A DNA stretch of 31,285 nt from positions 1-31,285 of the IMG/VR virus record IMGVR_UViG_3300020042_010889, one strand, 5' to 3'. The notes under the pieces are model-generated. The model was not told the DNA's origin. It made no database searches and saw only the letters and a program-made list of their open reading frames with translations. This document shows positions 17,621-26,113 of this stretch, piece by piece. Every line of letters begins with the position of its first letter. The stretch's first letter is position 1. A program made the translations under genes and the position numbers. Source of the stretch: a virus. Taxonomy: Duplodnaviria; Caudoviricetes.

Positions 17621-18175
17621 ATGCCTTGCGATATTACCTCAGGATTTCAATTAGGCTGCCGTGACAACACAGGTGGTTTAAAATCAATTTATATCTTATC
17701 TGGTTCGATCACTAACATTACTGGATCTCAAGGTTTAATTACCGGGATTACAGGTTCAGGTGTATGGTACCAATTCCAATTATTTAGACAAACATCTAAC
17801 TATAGTGAAGAATTAGTAGCAACTCCTGAAAACGGAACCATCGTTTACAATCAAACAGCAAACGCCGTGTTCTTCAAAATGCAAACGTCAGTTCGAAACC
17901 AGGTAAGAGTGTTAGCACAAAACCCTAACTTAAGAATCATCATCGAAACTCAAAACGGTTCAGAAAATGGAGCCGCTCGTTGGTTCTTAATGGGTCAAGT
18001 TAACGGCGCTCAGTTGTTGAGTGGTACTGCACAAACTGGTACTGCATTCAGCGATTTGAACGGTTACAACTTAGTATTTAGTGGAAACGAACCTAACCCC
18101 GCTTCAGAGGTTAGTGGTTCAGCTACTACATTTACTAGTTCATTGAGTGGTATGACTATCACTACTTACGCTTAA
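17621..18175 (+). CDS. Major tail tube protein
   Basis: MPCDITSG..LGCRDNTGGLK start, ENGTIVYNQ and TGTAFSDLNGYNLVF motifs. High-expression codon bias. Confidence 0.7.
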   Translation: MPCDITSGFQLGCRDNTGGLKSIYILSGSITNITGSQGLITGITGSGVWYQFQLFRQTSNYSEELVATPENGTIVYNQTANAVFFKMQTSVRNQVRVLAQNPNLRIIIETQNGSENGAARWFLMGQVNGAQLLSGTAQTGTAFSDLNGYNLVFSGNEPNPASEVSGSATTFTSSLSGMTITTYA

Positions 18176-18196
18176 TCTTAAAAAACAAACCAAAAT

Positions 18197-18224
18197 GGGG
18201 GTTATCGAGAAATCGTTAACCCCC
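18197..18224 (+). terminator. Stem-loop after the capsid and tail-tube genes (terminator or mRNA stabiliser)
   Basis: GGGGGTTA-T-CGA-GAAA-TCG-T-TAACCCCC. The + strand U-tract is weak. Confidence 0.6.
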
Positions 18225-18244
18225 TAATTGGTTGAAAGTAAACT

Positions 18245-18694
18245 ATGCTCCAGTTAAACGTTTCTTCAGCAACTAATTCAAATGCGGTTTACCCTGACGT
18301 GTCAGCATCCGCTGGTACTACTCAGGTATTACTTGAATTTACTCAATCCTACGATTTTTCCAAAAAAGATAATGTTATTGCTACTTTAATTAATACACCA
18401 GGTCCCACAAATCCTTGGTTAGTATTTCAAGTAACAGGTTCAACATTACCTACAGCATCAGGACAATACGATGTTAAAATTTGGCAATTTAGTCAAACAG
18501 GAGTTGGAGTTTGGAGTTCTATTTCTACTACATTTACTGCTACTACAGGTCAATGGGGTGGTGGCGGTGGATTTACTAAAAATGTTCTACTTTCAACTGA
18601 ACGTGCCTTTATTTCAGGAAGTAATCAAGTATCTACAACCACATATTTATTGCCGACAAACGGAGGTACTTATACTACCTATAATCATCCATAA
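18245..18694 (+). CDS. Virion structural protein (possible head-closure protein)
   Basis: Beta-rich Thr/Ser/Gly protein between the tail tube and portal genes. Confidence 0.5.
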   Translation: MLQLNVSSATNSNAVYPDVSASAGTTQVLLEFTQSYDFSKKDNVIATLINTPGPTNPWLVFQVTGSTLPTASGQYDVKIWQFSQTGVGVWSSISTTFTATTGQWGGGGGFTKNVLLSTERAFISGSNQVSTTTYLLPTNGGTYTTYNHP

Positions 18695-18696
18695 AA

Positions 18697-19947
18697 ATGA
18701 GTCAGAAATATACATTTAAAACTATCCCACGTAACAATGCTACTAATGGTAAAATTAGTTTGATTGAACGCAAAAATCAATTCTATATTAGTTTTGGTGC
18801 GGATAATGGTTTTCCAAATAAATTAATCGATTTGATGAATTATTCATCAATTCACGGAACTTGTATCAATGCTACAGTTGATTCAATTGTAGGCAATGGT
18901 TTAACAAGTGATAGACCCGAAACATTAGATTTTGCTAACTTTGAAGGTGAATCATGGAATGATTTGCTTAAAAAAGTAGCTAAAGACTTAAAACTATTTG
19001 GTGGATTTGCTTTAGAGGTAATTTGGAGCAAAGACAGAACCAAAATAGCAGAAGTATACCACATTGATTTTTCATACTTGCGTGCTAAAGAAAAAAACTT
19101 TAGAGGCAAGGTACCAGGTTACTACATTTGGGACGAATGGAATGGTATTAACTCATATGTTAACCAATCACTAGAAGATATCCCATTTTTACCTGTATAT
19201 AATCCTCTAAAAAAACAAGAGGAACCATCACAACTATACGTTTACTATGATTACAGACCAGGTATGAAATACTATCCTGTACCTGATTATGTAGGCGCTT
19301 TAAAAGTAATAGAATTAGATGCTCAAATTGATACTTTCCACCTTAACAATATTAGTAATGGTGCTGTTCCCTCTTTGGCTATTACTACATTTACTAATGC
19401 CAACGAGGAAGAAAGAGAAGCAATCGAAATAATGCTTCGCAATCAATATGGTGGAGCAGAAAATGCTGGTTCTCTCCTTTATATGGACATTGATAGTCCA
19501 GAAAATGCACCAGTCATAACCCCTATTGCCTCAAACGGAACAGATGAGTATTATACAACAATAAACGATTTAGTAACGCAGAAAATATTAACTGCTCATC
19601 GTATTACCTCACCTATGATGTTAGGTATTAAAACCGAAGGACAATTAGGTGGTAGAACAGAAACAAGTGAGGCATATTTGCTGTTTACAAATACAGTAAT
19701 TAAGCCATTCCAACAAGCAATCTTAGATTGTTTTGATGAAATATTAAAAATCAACTATGGTAATGACTATATTTTAGGTATTCAACAATTGAACCTGTAT
19801 AGTGATGATGCTGAAGTTGTTGATGTGGTTACAGGACAAGAAAGCGAAGTAGGAGAAGATAATTTACTTGAGGCACAAATCGAACGTGCTGATAGAGTTA
19901 ATAATCCTAACATTAATCAAGCAGGACAAGAACAACCAATTAACTAA
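18697..19947 (+). CDS. Portal protein
   Basis: FGADNGFP, DLKLFGGFALEV, YYPVPDY, GAENAG and ILTAHRITSPMMLGI motifs. 416 aa. Confidence 0.9.
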   Translation: MSQKYTFKTIPRNNATNGKISLIERKNQFYISFGADNGFPNKLIDLMNYSSIHGTCINATVDSIVGNGLTSDRPETLDFANFEGESWNDLLKKVAKDLKLFGGFALEVIWSKDRTKIAEVYHIDFSYLRAKEKNFRGKVPGYYIWDEWNGINSYVNQSLEDIPFLPVYNPLKKQEEPSQLYVYYDYRPGMKYYPVPDYVGALKVIELDAQIDTFHLNNISNGAVPSLAITTFTNANEEEREAIEIMLRNQYGGAENAGSLLYMDIDSPENAPVITPIASNGTDEYYTTINDLVTQKILTAHRITSPMMLGIKTEGQLGGRTETSEAYLLFTNTVIKPFQQAILDCFDEILKINYGNDYILGIQQLNLYSDDAEVVDVVTGQESEVGEDNLLEAQIERADRVNNPNINQAGQEQPIN

Positions 19948-19950
19948 ACA

Positions 19951-20586
19951 ATGACAGATACTTTTATCATATCAGAAGAAAACTTAAGACAATTTACAGA
20001 TATTAACAATAACGTAGATAGTAAATTACTTAAGAATGCAGTTAGAGAAGCACAAGATATCGAAATGCAACGCATTTTAGGTACTAAACTATATAATAAA
20101 ATTCTTGAGGATATTAAAACTAATACTTTAACAGGTAATTATCAAACCTTAGTATTAGATTGGGTACAAAACGCTTTATTATATGCTGCTTACTATTATG
20201 CTTTAGAGGACATTTATATACGTCCTCGCAATAATGGTTTGTTATCACCTACAGGTGGTGAAAACAGCGAAAAAGTAGACGGCACTTGGTATAATAGAAA
20301 AAGACAATCAGTAGAAAATAAAAAACAATTCTACGAGGAGCGCCTAACAAATTACTTAATCCAAAAACAGGGATTATTTCCAGAATTAAATGGTAACGTT
20401 GAGTTACAACAGATGTATCCAGATTTTGGAGTTCAATATAAATCACCAATTGTAATGCGACGCAATGGTAGAGGTTATCACGCTGGACAAGCACGTGAAT
20501 GTGGTTTACCAATTTATGATTCACGTTATCCACAATTTCCACAATACCCTTACAGGTCGTATCAAAACAATGTATCTAATTTTTAA
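19951..20586 (+). CDS. Putative head-tail adaptor protein
   Basis: Follows the portal gene. AQDIEMQRILGTKLY motif in a helical protein. Confidence 0.6.
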   Translation: MTDTFIISEENLRQFTDINNNVDSKLLKNAVREAQDIEMQRILGTKLYNKILEDIKTNTLTGNYQTLVLDWVQNALLYAAYYYALEDIYIRPRNNGLLSPTGGENSEKVDGTWYNRKRQSVENKKQFYEERLTNYLIQKQGLFPELNGNVELQQMYPDFGVQYKSPIVMRRNGRGYHAGQARECGLPIYDSRYPQFPQYPYRSYQNNVSNF

Positions 20587-20592
20587 CATATA

Positions 20593-23500
20593 ATGGGAAG
20601 AAATTTAACCAACCTAGCAGTATCAGAATCATTTCAATATCTACTACAATATAGTGGTAGTGAGGTACAAGATGGTTTAGGCAGTAAATTAACAGGTAGT
20701 TTATTAATTACTGCTTCTAAAGCAGACACGGCAACAACAGCATCATATGTTTTAAATGCTGTTAGTTCATCGTATAGTAACAACTCTACTTCAGCTTCAT
20801 ATGCTTTGGTGTCTACAAGTAGTTCATTTGCTACAAACGCTAATAACGCGTCTACTGCGAGTATAGCTACATCAGCATCATTTGCTACTAACGCTGTAAC
20901 TGCTTCATTTGCTTTAAATGTTGTACCTCAATCAACAGCATCGTTGTTAACTACAGCAAGTGCTGTTAATAACGTAATTACATTTACTAAAGGTGATGCT
21001 TCAACTTTTAATGTTACTGTAAATACAGGTTCAGCCGTAACTATAAACACTGGTAGTTTGTTAGTAACAGCGTCTATAAGCAACGCAACTACAACCTTCA
21101 CCAAAGGCGACGGCTCGACATTTAGTATTACAGCTAATAACGTAGTAAACGCCAATAGTGCGAGTGTAGCTACTTCAGCATCATATGCTGTTAATGCTAC
21201 CTCAGCATCATACTCAAATAATTCAACTTCAGCATCATATGCTTTAAATGCTACCTCAGCATCATTTGCTTCTACTATTCCCAATGGTTTAAGTCCAACA
21301 TTTAATACTGTAACTGCCTCTAATGTATTAATTACAGGAACAGCAAGTGTAAATGTATTAATAACAAATATTGTTTCATCATCTGTAATTTACTCAAGTG
21401 GTTCAAACCAATTTGGTGATGCAAGTAATGATGTTCAAACATTGTACGGAACAGTAGATGTTAAAAATGGACCCGTAACAATAACAGGTTCAGTTAATAT
21501 TACTGGAAGTGATTTAACAATATCTAACGGAAGCAAAATAATAGCACACGACATTAATGCTGGTGCTGTTAATGGAATTGAAATAAATAATAATGCAGGA
21601 AATCCTGTTGCTTTATTTGGTGCTGGTGGAGCTCAAGGTACTACATTCTATGGACAAGTAAATGGAACAACATTCTCAGGTTCATTACAAGGTACAGCTT
21701 CATTTGCTACAAATGCACTTTCAGCATCTTTTGCCCCAAGTACAAGTCCTTTCCCATTTACTGGTTCGGCTGGAATTTCTGGTTCATTAACAGTGAATGG
21801 AAATATTACAACAATTTCAGGTTCAAATAGTGGTAGTGTAATTGATAACATAACTAATGTTAGTTCAACTGTTGCTCCTGTTAAACATATAATTACCTTA
21901 ACACAAACAGAATATAATGCAATTACTCCTGCTAATGATACTTTATATATTATTTCAGGTTCATTACCAAATGCTACTTTAGGTTCAAACTCATTTAATG
22001 GAAACCAAACAGTAACAGGTTCAGTAATAGCAACTGCTGGATTTACAGGTAGTTTAAATGGAACAGCTTCATTTGCTGTTAATGCTAATTCAGCATCTAT
22101 TGCTACTAATGCAACTTCTGCTTCATTTGCAACGAATGCTACATCAGCATCTTTTGCTTCTACAGCAGTGAGTTCTTCGTTTAGTAGTAATTCAGTATCA
22201 GCATCATATGCTCTAGTGTCTACAAGTAGTTCATTTGCTACAAACGCTAATAGTGCTTCATATGCGCTAAATTCAACATCAGCATCATTTGCTACCAACG
22301 CTGTAACTGCAAGTTATGTTGCAAGCGTTGTGAGTTCATCATATGCATCTAATGCTACATCAGCATCTTATGCAAACAATGCTACTAGTGCTTCTTATTC
22401 TAATAATGCTACATCAGCATCATATTCTAATAATTCAACAAGCGCTTCATACTCAAATAATTCAACATCATCTTCATTTGCAACCAATGCAGTTACAGCA
22501 TCATTTACTCCTAATGCTTTAACTACAGCATCAGTAAGTTCAAATATATTAACATTTACTAAAGGTGATGGTTCAACATTTAACTTAACAGTTAATACAG
22601 GTTCAGGTGGAGGTGGAGGTGGATTCCCATTTACTGGTTCGGCTAATATTACAGGTTCATTAAGAGTAACTGGTTCAATAAGTAATTTTGTTACTACTAT
22701 TACTGAAACACAAGGTACAGCATCAGTATCAGGATTTACTGGTTCTTTATTTGTAATGGATTGTTCTAAAGGTAATGAATTTCAATTAACATTAACTTCA
22801 GGTTCATTATCTATTTTGGACCCTATAAACATTACTGCCGGACAAGAATTTACTTTAAAAGTATATCAATCCGCAAGTAGTGTAGATAATCCAAATTCAA
22901 GTAACTTACAATTTAATACAAACATTTATAATGCTAGTGGTTTAGGAAGATATATAGCTTCAACTACTATAGGACAAGAAGATGTAATTAAATTTACTTC
23001 ATTTAATACCTCAAGCTTATATGCTTATGGATTCCAGAAAAACCAAGTAACTCAATCTATATTAATTCCTGCCCCTTATATTTCTGCCTCTGGAGGTGAA
23101 GTATTTACTTCAGGTAGTTTTAAAATTCACAAATTTACAGGTTCTGGTGATTTTGTAATATCGACGGGTGGTGCTAGTCAGCAATTACAATATGTTGCTG
23201 TTGGTGGTGGTGCCGCAGGTTCAGGTTTAACTGGAGGTGGTGGAGGTGCTGGTGGTGTAGCTACTGGTTCAATTTACTGGTCTTCAAATACTACTTGGCC
23301 TATTGTAATTGGTGCTGGTGGTAATGGAACTTCAACAGCTGATGTTGTTGGTAACCCTGGTAATAATACTACTATATCTTCTTCTTTAGTAATTGCTTAT
23401 GGAGGTGGAGGTGGAGGTTTCTATTCTAATGGTGGTGAAGGTAATGGTGCTAATTCTTCAGGTTCTGGAGGTGGTGGTGGTTCAAATGAAGGTGGTGTTC

Positions 23501-23907
23501 AAAACTTAGGTGGTACACATATAGGAACTGTTAATATAGGTAGTAATGGTGGTAATGGATTTGATGGAGGTGGAGCACAATATGCCGCAGGTGGTGGTGG
23601 AGGTGCTGGAGGTGCTGGTGCAAACGCAGGAGCAAATGTTGGTGGTGCTGGTGGAGGTGGTTTAACTATTACAAACATTTCTGGAAGCTTTACACTTGCT
23701 GGTGGAGGTGGAGGTGCTGGTTGGGGTACTGGAGGTGCTGGAGGTACTGGAGGTGGAGGAGCAGGTAATAATGATACTGCACCTTATAATGGAGTTGATG
23801 CTACAGCAAACACCGGTGGTGGAGGAGGAGGACTTGCACGTTCTGGTGGAGTTGGTGGAAATGGTGGTTCAGGTATAGTTTACATAAAATATCAATTCCA
23901 AGATTAA
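20593..23907 (+). CDS. Tail fibre / adhesin with SAS(Y/F)A repeats and C-terminal glycine-rich domain
   Basis: Many 9-aa (N/S)ATSAS(Y/F)A repeats, three TFTKGD(G/A)STF modules, GGGGAGG repeats and a terminal GGSGIVYIKY. Confidence 0.75.
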   Translation: MGRNLTNLAVSESFQYLLQYSGSEVQDGLGSKLTGSLLITASKADTATTASYVLNAVSSSYSNNSTSASYALVSTSSSFATNANNASTASIATSASFATNAVTASFALNVVPQSTASLLTTASAVNNVITFTKGDASTFNVTVNTGSAVTINTGSLLVTASISNATTTFTKGDGSTFSITANNVVNANSASVATSASYAVNATSASYSNNSTSASYALNATSASFASTIPNGLSPTFNTVTASNVLITGTASVNVLITNIVSSSVIYSSGSNQFGDASNDVQTLYGTVDVKNGPVTITGSVNITGSDLTISNGSKIIAHDINAGAVNGIEINNNAGNPVALFGAGGAQGTTFYGQVNGTTFSGSLQGTASFATNALSASFAPSTSPFPFTGSAGISGSLTVNGNITTISGSNSGSVIDNITNVSSTVAPVKHIITLTQTEYNAITPANDTLYIISGSLPNATLGSNSFNGNQTVTGSVIATAGFTGSLNGTASFAVNANSASIATNATSASFATNATSASFASTAVSSSFSSNSVSASYALVSTSSSFATNANSASYALNSTSASFATNAVTASYVASVVSSSYASNATSASYANNATSASYSNNATSASYSNNSTSASYSNNSTSSSFATNAVTASFTPNALTTASVSSNILTFTKGDGSTFNLTVNTGSGGGGGGFPFTGSANITGSLRVTGSISNFVTTITETQGTASVSGFTGSLFVMDCSKGNEFQLTLTSGSLSILDPINITAGQEFTLKVYQSASSVDNPNSSNLQFNTNIYNASGLGRYIASTTIGQEDVIKFTSFNTSSLYAYGFQKNQVTQSILIPAPYISASGGEVFTSGSFKIHKFTGSGDFVISTGGASQQLQYVAVGGGAAGSGLTGGGGGAGGVATGSIYWSSNTTWPIVIGAGGNGTSTADVVGNPGNNTTISSSLVIAYGGGGGGFYSNGGEGNGANSSGSGGGGGSNEGGVQNLGGTHIGTVNIGSNGGNGFDGGGAQYAAGGGGGAGGAGANAGANVGGAGGGGLTITNISGSFTLAGGGGGAGWGTGGAGGTGGGGAGNNDTAPYNGVDATANTGGGGGGLARSGGVGGNGGSGIVYIKYQFQD

Positions 23908-23921
23908 TAATAAAAAATAAT

Positions 23922-24242
23922 ATGTCACATTGGGCTGAATTAGATTTAAATAGAATAGTAAAACGAGTAATCGTTGCTGAAGAGGATTACATTATGTCTG
24001 GTGCATTAGGTAATCCAAGAAATTGGATGGAAACATCTTACAATAGTAACTTTAGAAAAAATTATGCTGGGGTTGGGTATTATTATGATTATGGGAAGAA
24101 TGCTTTTATTGCTCCCAAACCCTTTAATAGCTGGATTTTAAATGAGGATACTTGTAGATGGGAAGCACCTGTTGCTTATCCTGCAGACGATACAAAACCT
24201 TATACTTGGGATGAAGAATCCCTTAGCTGGAAACCACTATAA
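23922..24242 (+). CDS. Phage hypothetical protein located between the glycine-rich fibre genes
   Basis: W.ETSYN.NFRKNYAG.GY.YD...AFIAPKPF.SW.L.E.TC.WEAP pattern. Confidence 0.75.
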   Translation: MSHWAELDLNRIVKRVIVAEEDYIMSGALGNPRNWMETSYNSNFRKNYAGVGYYYDYGKNAFIAPKPFNSWILNEDTCRWEAPVAYPADDTKPYTWDEESLSWKPL

Positions 24243-24257
24243 ATTAACTAAGTTAAT

Positions 24258-25232
24258 ATGTCAATATTCTTAGGAAATAGTGAAATTGGAACTAAATACA
24301 TTGATGCTTATCAATTAGGTAAAATTTATTTGGGTTCAAGTATAATTAATGGTAATGCTGCTTATATACAAGCAAGTGGTGGTACTGTTACAATTGATGG
24401 TGATTATAAAATTCATAGTTTTACTACCACAGGCAGTAATACATTTACTATTAACTCATTAGGTGATGTTAATTATAATAACATTGAATACTTAATAGTT
24501 GGAGGTGGAGGTGCTGGTGGTTGGGGTAATGATAATTTTGTTTGGTCAAGTGGAGGAGGAGGTGCTGGTGGTGTTTTAACTGGTTCATTAATCGCTACCT
24601 CAGCTAGTTCTTGGAATATAACTGTTGGTCAAAGTGGATTTCAAGGAATAAATGTTAATAGATCATCTAGTGCATCAAGTATTTCAGGTTCATTTTCAGG
24701 TTCATTATTAACTGCTGGAAAAGGAGCTATGGCCTATCTTACTTTTCCTTCTATACCATTGTCATTGGATGGAGCTTCAGGTGCTGGAGGTAGTGGAGAT
24801 GGATGTGGAAATCCAGGTGCTCAAGCTGTTTGTCTTGGAGGTACACCAAATGGAATAGGAATAGGTAATGCTGGAGGTAATGGCTCAAGAAAAGATTTAG
24901 CAACAAATGGAGGTGGAGGTGGTGGTGCTGGTTCAGCAGGAACTATAGCATCAAATTCACCCACAGGAAGCGCAGGTAATGGAGGTGATGGTTTATTATC
25001 ATCAATTACGGGTACAGCAAGTTATTATGCCGCCGGTGGTGGTGGAGGTAGTTTAGTTGGTATTAGTGGTAGTGGTGGACTTGGTGGTGGAGGTAATGGT
25101 GGCTATACAGTATCATTTCCAAACGGACAAAACGCTACTGGATATGGTTCAGGTGGTGGTGGTGCTAGAAGATTTGGTTTACCTGGTTCTGGTAGTGCTG
25201 GTATTGTAATTGTAAAATACAAATATCAATAA
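24258..25232 (+). CDS. Glycine-rich-domain virion protein
   Basis: YKIHSFT, EYLIVGGGGAGG and terminal GIVIVKY. Paralogous to the C-terminus of 20593-23907. Confidence 0.75.
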   Translation: MSIFLGNSEIGTKYIDAYQLGKIYLGSSIINGNAAYIQASGGTVTIDGDYKIHSFTTTGSNTFTINSLGDVNYNNIEYLIVGGGGAGGWGNDNFVWSSGGGGAGGVLTGSLIATSASSWNITVGQSGFQGINVNRSSSASSISGSFSGSLLTAGKGAMAYLTFPSIPLSLDGASGAGGSGDGCGNPGAQAVCLGGTPNGIGIGNAGGNGSRKDLATNGGGGGGAGSAGTIASNSPTGSAGNGGDGLLSSITGTASYYAAGGGGGSLVGISGSGGLGGGGNGGYTVSFPNGQNATGYGSGGGGARRFGLPGSGSAGIVIVKYKYQ

Positions 25233-25360
25233 TGGCTAAATCATCCAAATCAGTAGGAGTTAGCTTATATAAAAGCAAACCAAAGAAAAAAGGGGCCGCG
25301 TTTAAACAGCGCGGTCCCAAAGATAAACCTGTCTCTAAGTATAGAGGACAGGGCAAATAA
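25232..25360 (+). CDS. Small basic protein (42 aa, MAKSSKSVGVSLYKSKPKKKGAAFKQRGPKDKPVSKYRGQGK), not in ORF track
   Basis: TAATG overlap with the upstream stop. It ends 3 nt from the convergent gene. Lys/Arg-rich with a YRGQG ending. Confidence 0.7.
   Translation: MAKSSKSVGVSLYKSKPKKKGAAFKQRGPKDKPVSKYRGQGK
25282..25318 (-). terminator. Probable minus-strand terminator embedded in the small basic ORF
   Basis: GGGGCCGCG/CGCGGTCCC stem (25292-25318) with an adjacent A-tract that reads as a U-tract on the minus strand. Confidence 0.5.
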
Positions 25361-25363
25361 ATT

Positions 25364-25882
25364 TTATTTTCTACTTTTTACAACTCGATTTTTAGGTTTT
25401 CTACCTAACACAGGTGAACCTTGTATAACTGTGGGTTGTTTATATGTTGATGTTGCTTGGATATATGTTCCATCACCATTATCTTTTTTAGGTGTATCCT
25501 TTTGTATATGCAATGCACTTGCCACACCAATTAATGTATGTTCAGGCATTATATTTAGTTGCTCAGGTGTTAAACAATCATTTAGATAAAATAAAATAAA
25601 ACCATTATTAAAAGCAGTAAACCAAAACACATTTTGTCCAGCTGAAGCCATACCATACAAATGATAAAAATGGGCATTCTCAATTACTATGCCTGTATTT
25701 TCACGTTGTGAAACATATTGTTCCTCAGGAATTTCTACATACACATAGTATTGTTTATTCTCATTGTCTGTTGCTACAAATGAAATAGGTGCTGTATCCG
25801 GAGATGCTATTTCAAATGTTGTAAACCTATTACCTAGGTATTCAGCAAAAATTTTTGCTTTATCTTCGTTTGTAATTTTCAT
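25364..25882 (-). CDS. Hypothetical protein, possibly a degenerate PD-(D/E)XK fold
   Basis: 172-aa ORF with its own promoter. The hydrophobic pattern resembles small phage PD-(D/E)XK proteins, but there is no ExK motif. Confidence 0.7.
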   Translation of the reverse strand: MKITNEDKAKIFAEYLGNRFTTFEIASPDTAPISFVATDNENKQYYVYVEIPEEQYVSQRENTGIVIENAHFYHLYGMASAGQNVFWFTAFNNGFILFYLNDCLTPEQLNIMPEHTLIGVASALHIQKDTPKKDNGDGTYIQATSTYKQPTVIQGSPVLGRKPKNRVVKSRK

Positions 25883-25885
25883 ATG

Positions 25886-25918
25886 TCAAATATAATTATT
25901 CAGCCTGAATATTCCTAA
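25886..25918 (-). promoter_or_regulatory. Leftward early promoter
   Basis: The minus strand reads TTAGG-N19-TATATTTGAC-AT-ATG and contains a canonical TAnnTTTG. Confidence 0.7.
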
Positions 25919-25977
25919 TTATTTTATAAATGTCGTTTACCAAACTTCTCGTGCGTTTACAAAGGAATTCACTTTAG

Positions 25978-26010
25978 CTTGTGTTTTCAACTTCTATTTC
26001 GTATATTTCC
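25978..26010 (+). promoter_or_regulatory. Rightward early promoter
   Basis: CTTGT(25978)-N19-TATATTTCC(26002), with the same TTCG prefix as P1-P4. Confidence 0.55.
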
Positions 26011-26112
26011 GCACGTCCGCATTGCCGCATCGCGTATCTAGCATTTGCATTTGCACTTGCAATTTATAGCAATAAATTGAAATGCAAAGCAATGCGGCAA
26101 TGCAAATACGAA
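25998..26112. repeat. Long nested inverted repeat with GCA hexamer repeats
   Basis: GCATTGCCGCAT(26019-26030)/ATGCGGCAATGC(26092-26103), TTTGCATTT/AAATGCAAA, CAATTTAT/ATAAATTG and outer TTCGTAT/ATACGAA. Confidence 0.85.
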
Positions 26113-26113
26113 T

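Noticed and set aside
20928-22298. Minus-strand ORFs of 118 and 216 aa with (A/E/D/V)-rich repeats
   Set aside because: Antisense read-through of the Ser/Ala/Thr repeat codons of the fibre gene.
20730-22520. Periodic repeats considered as a CRISPR array or DGR template/variable repeat
   Set aside because: The repeats are in-frame and degenerate at third positions, with no unique spacers. There is no reverse transcriptase or cas gene and no adenine-specific mismatch pattern.
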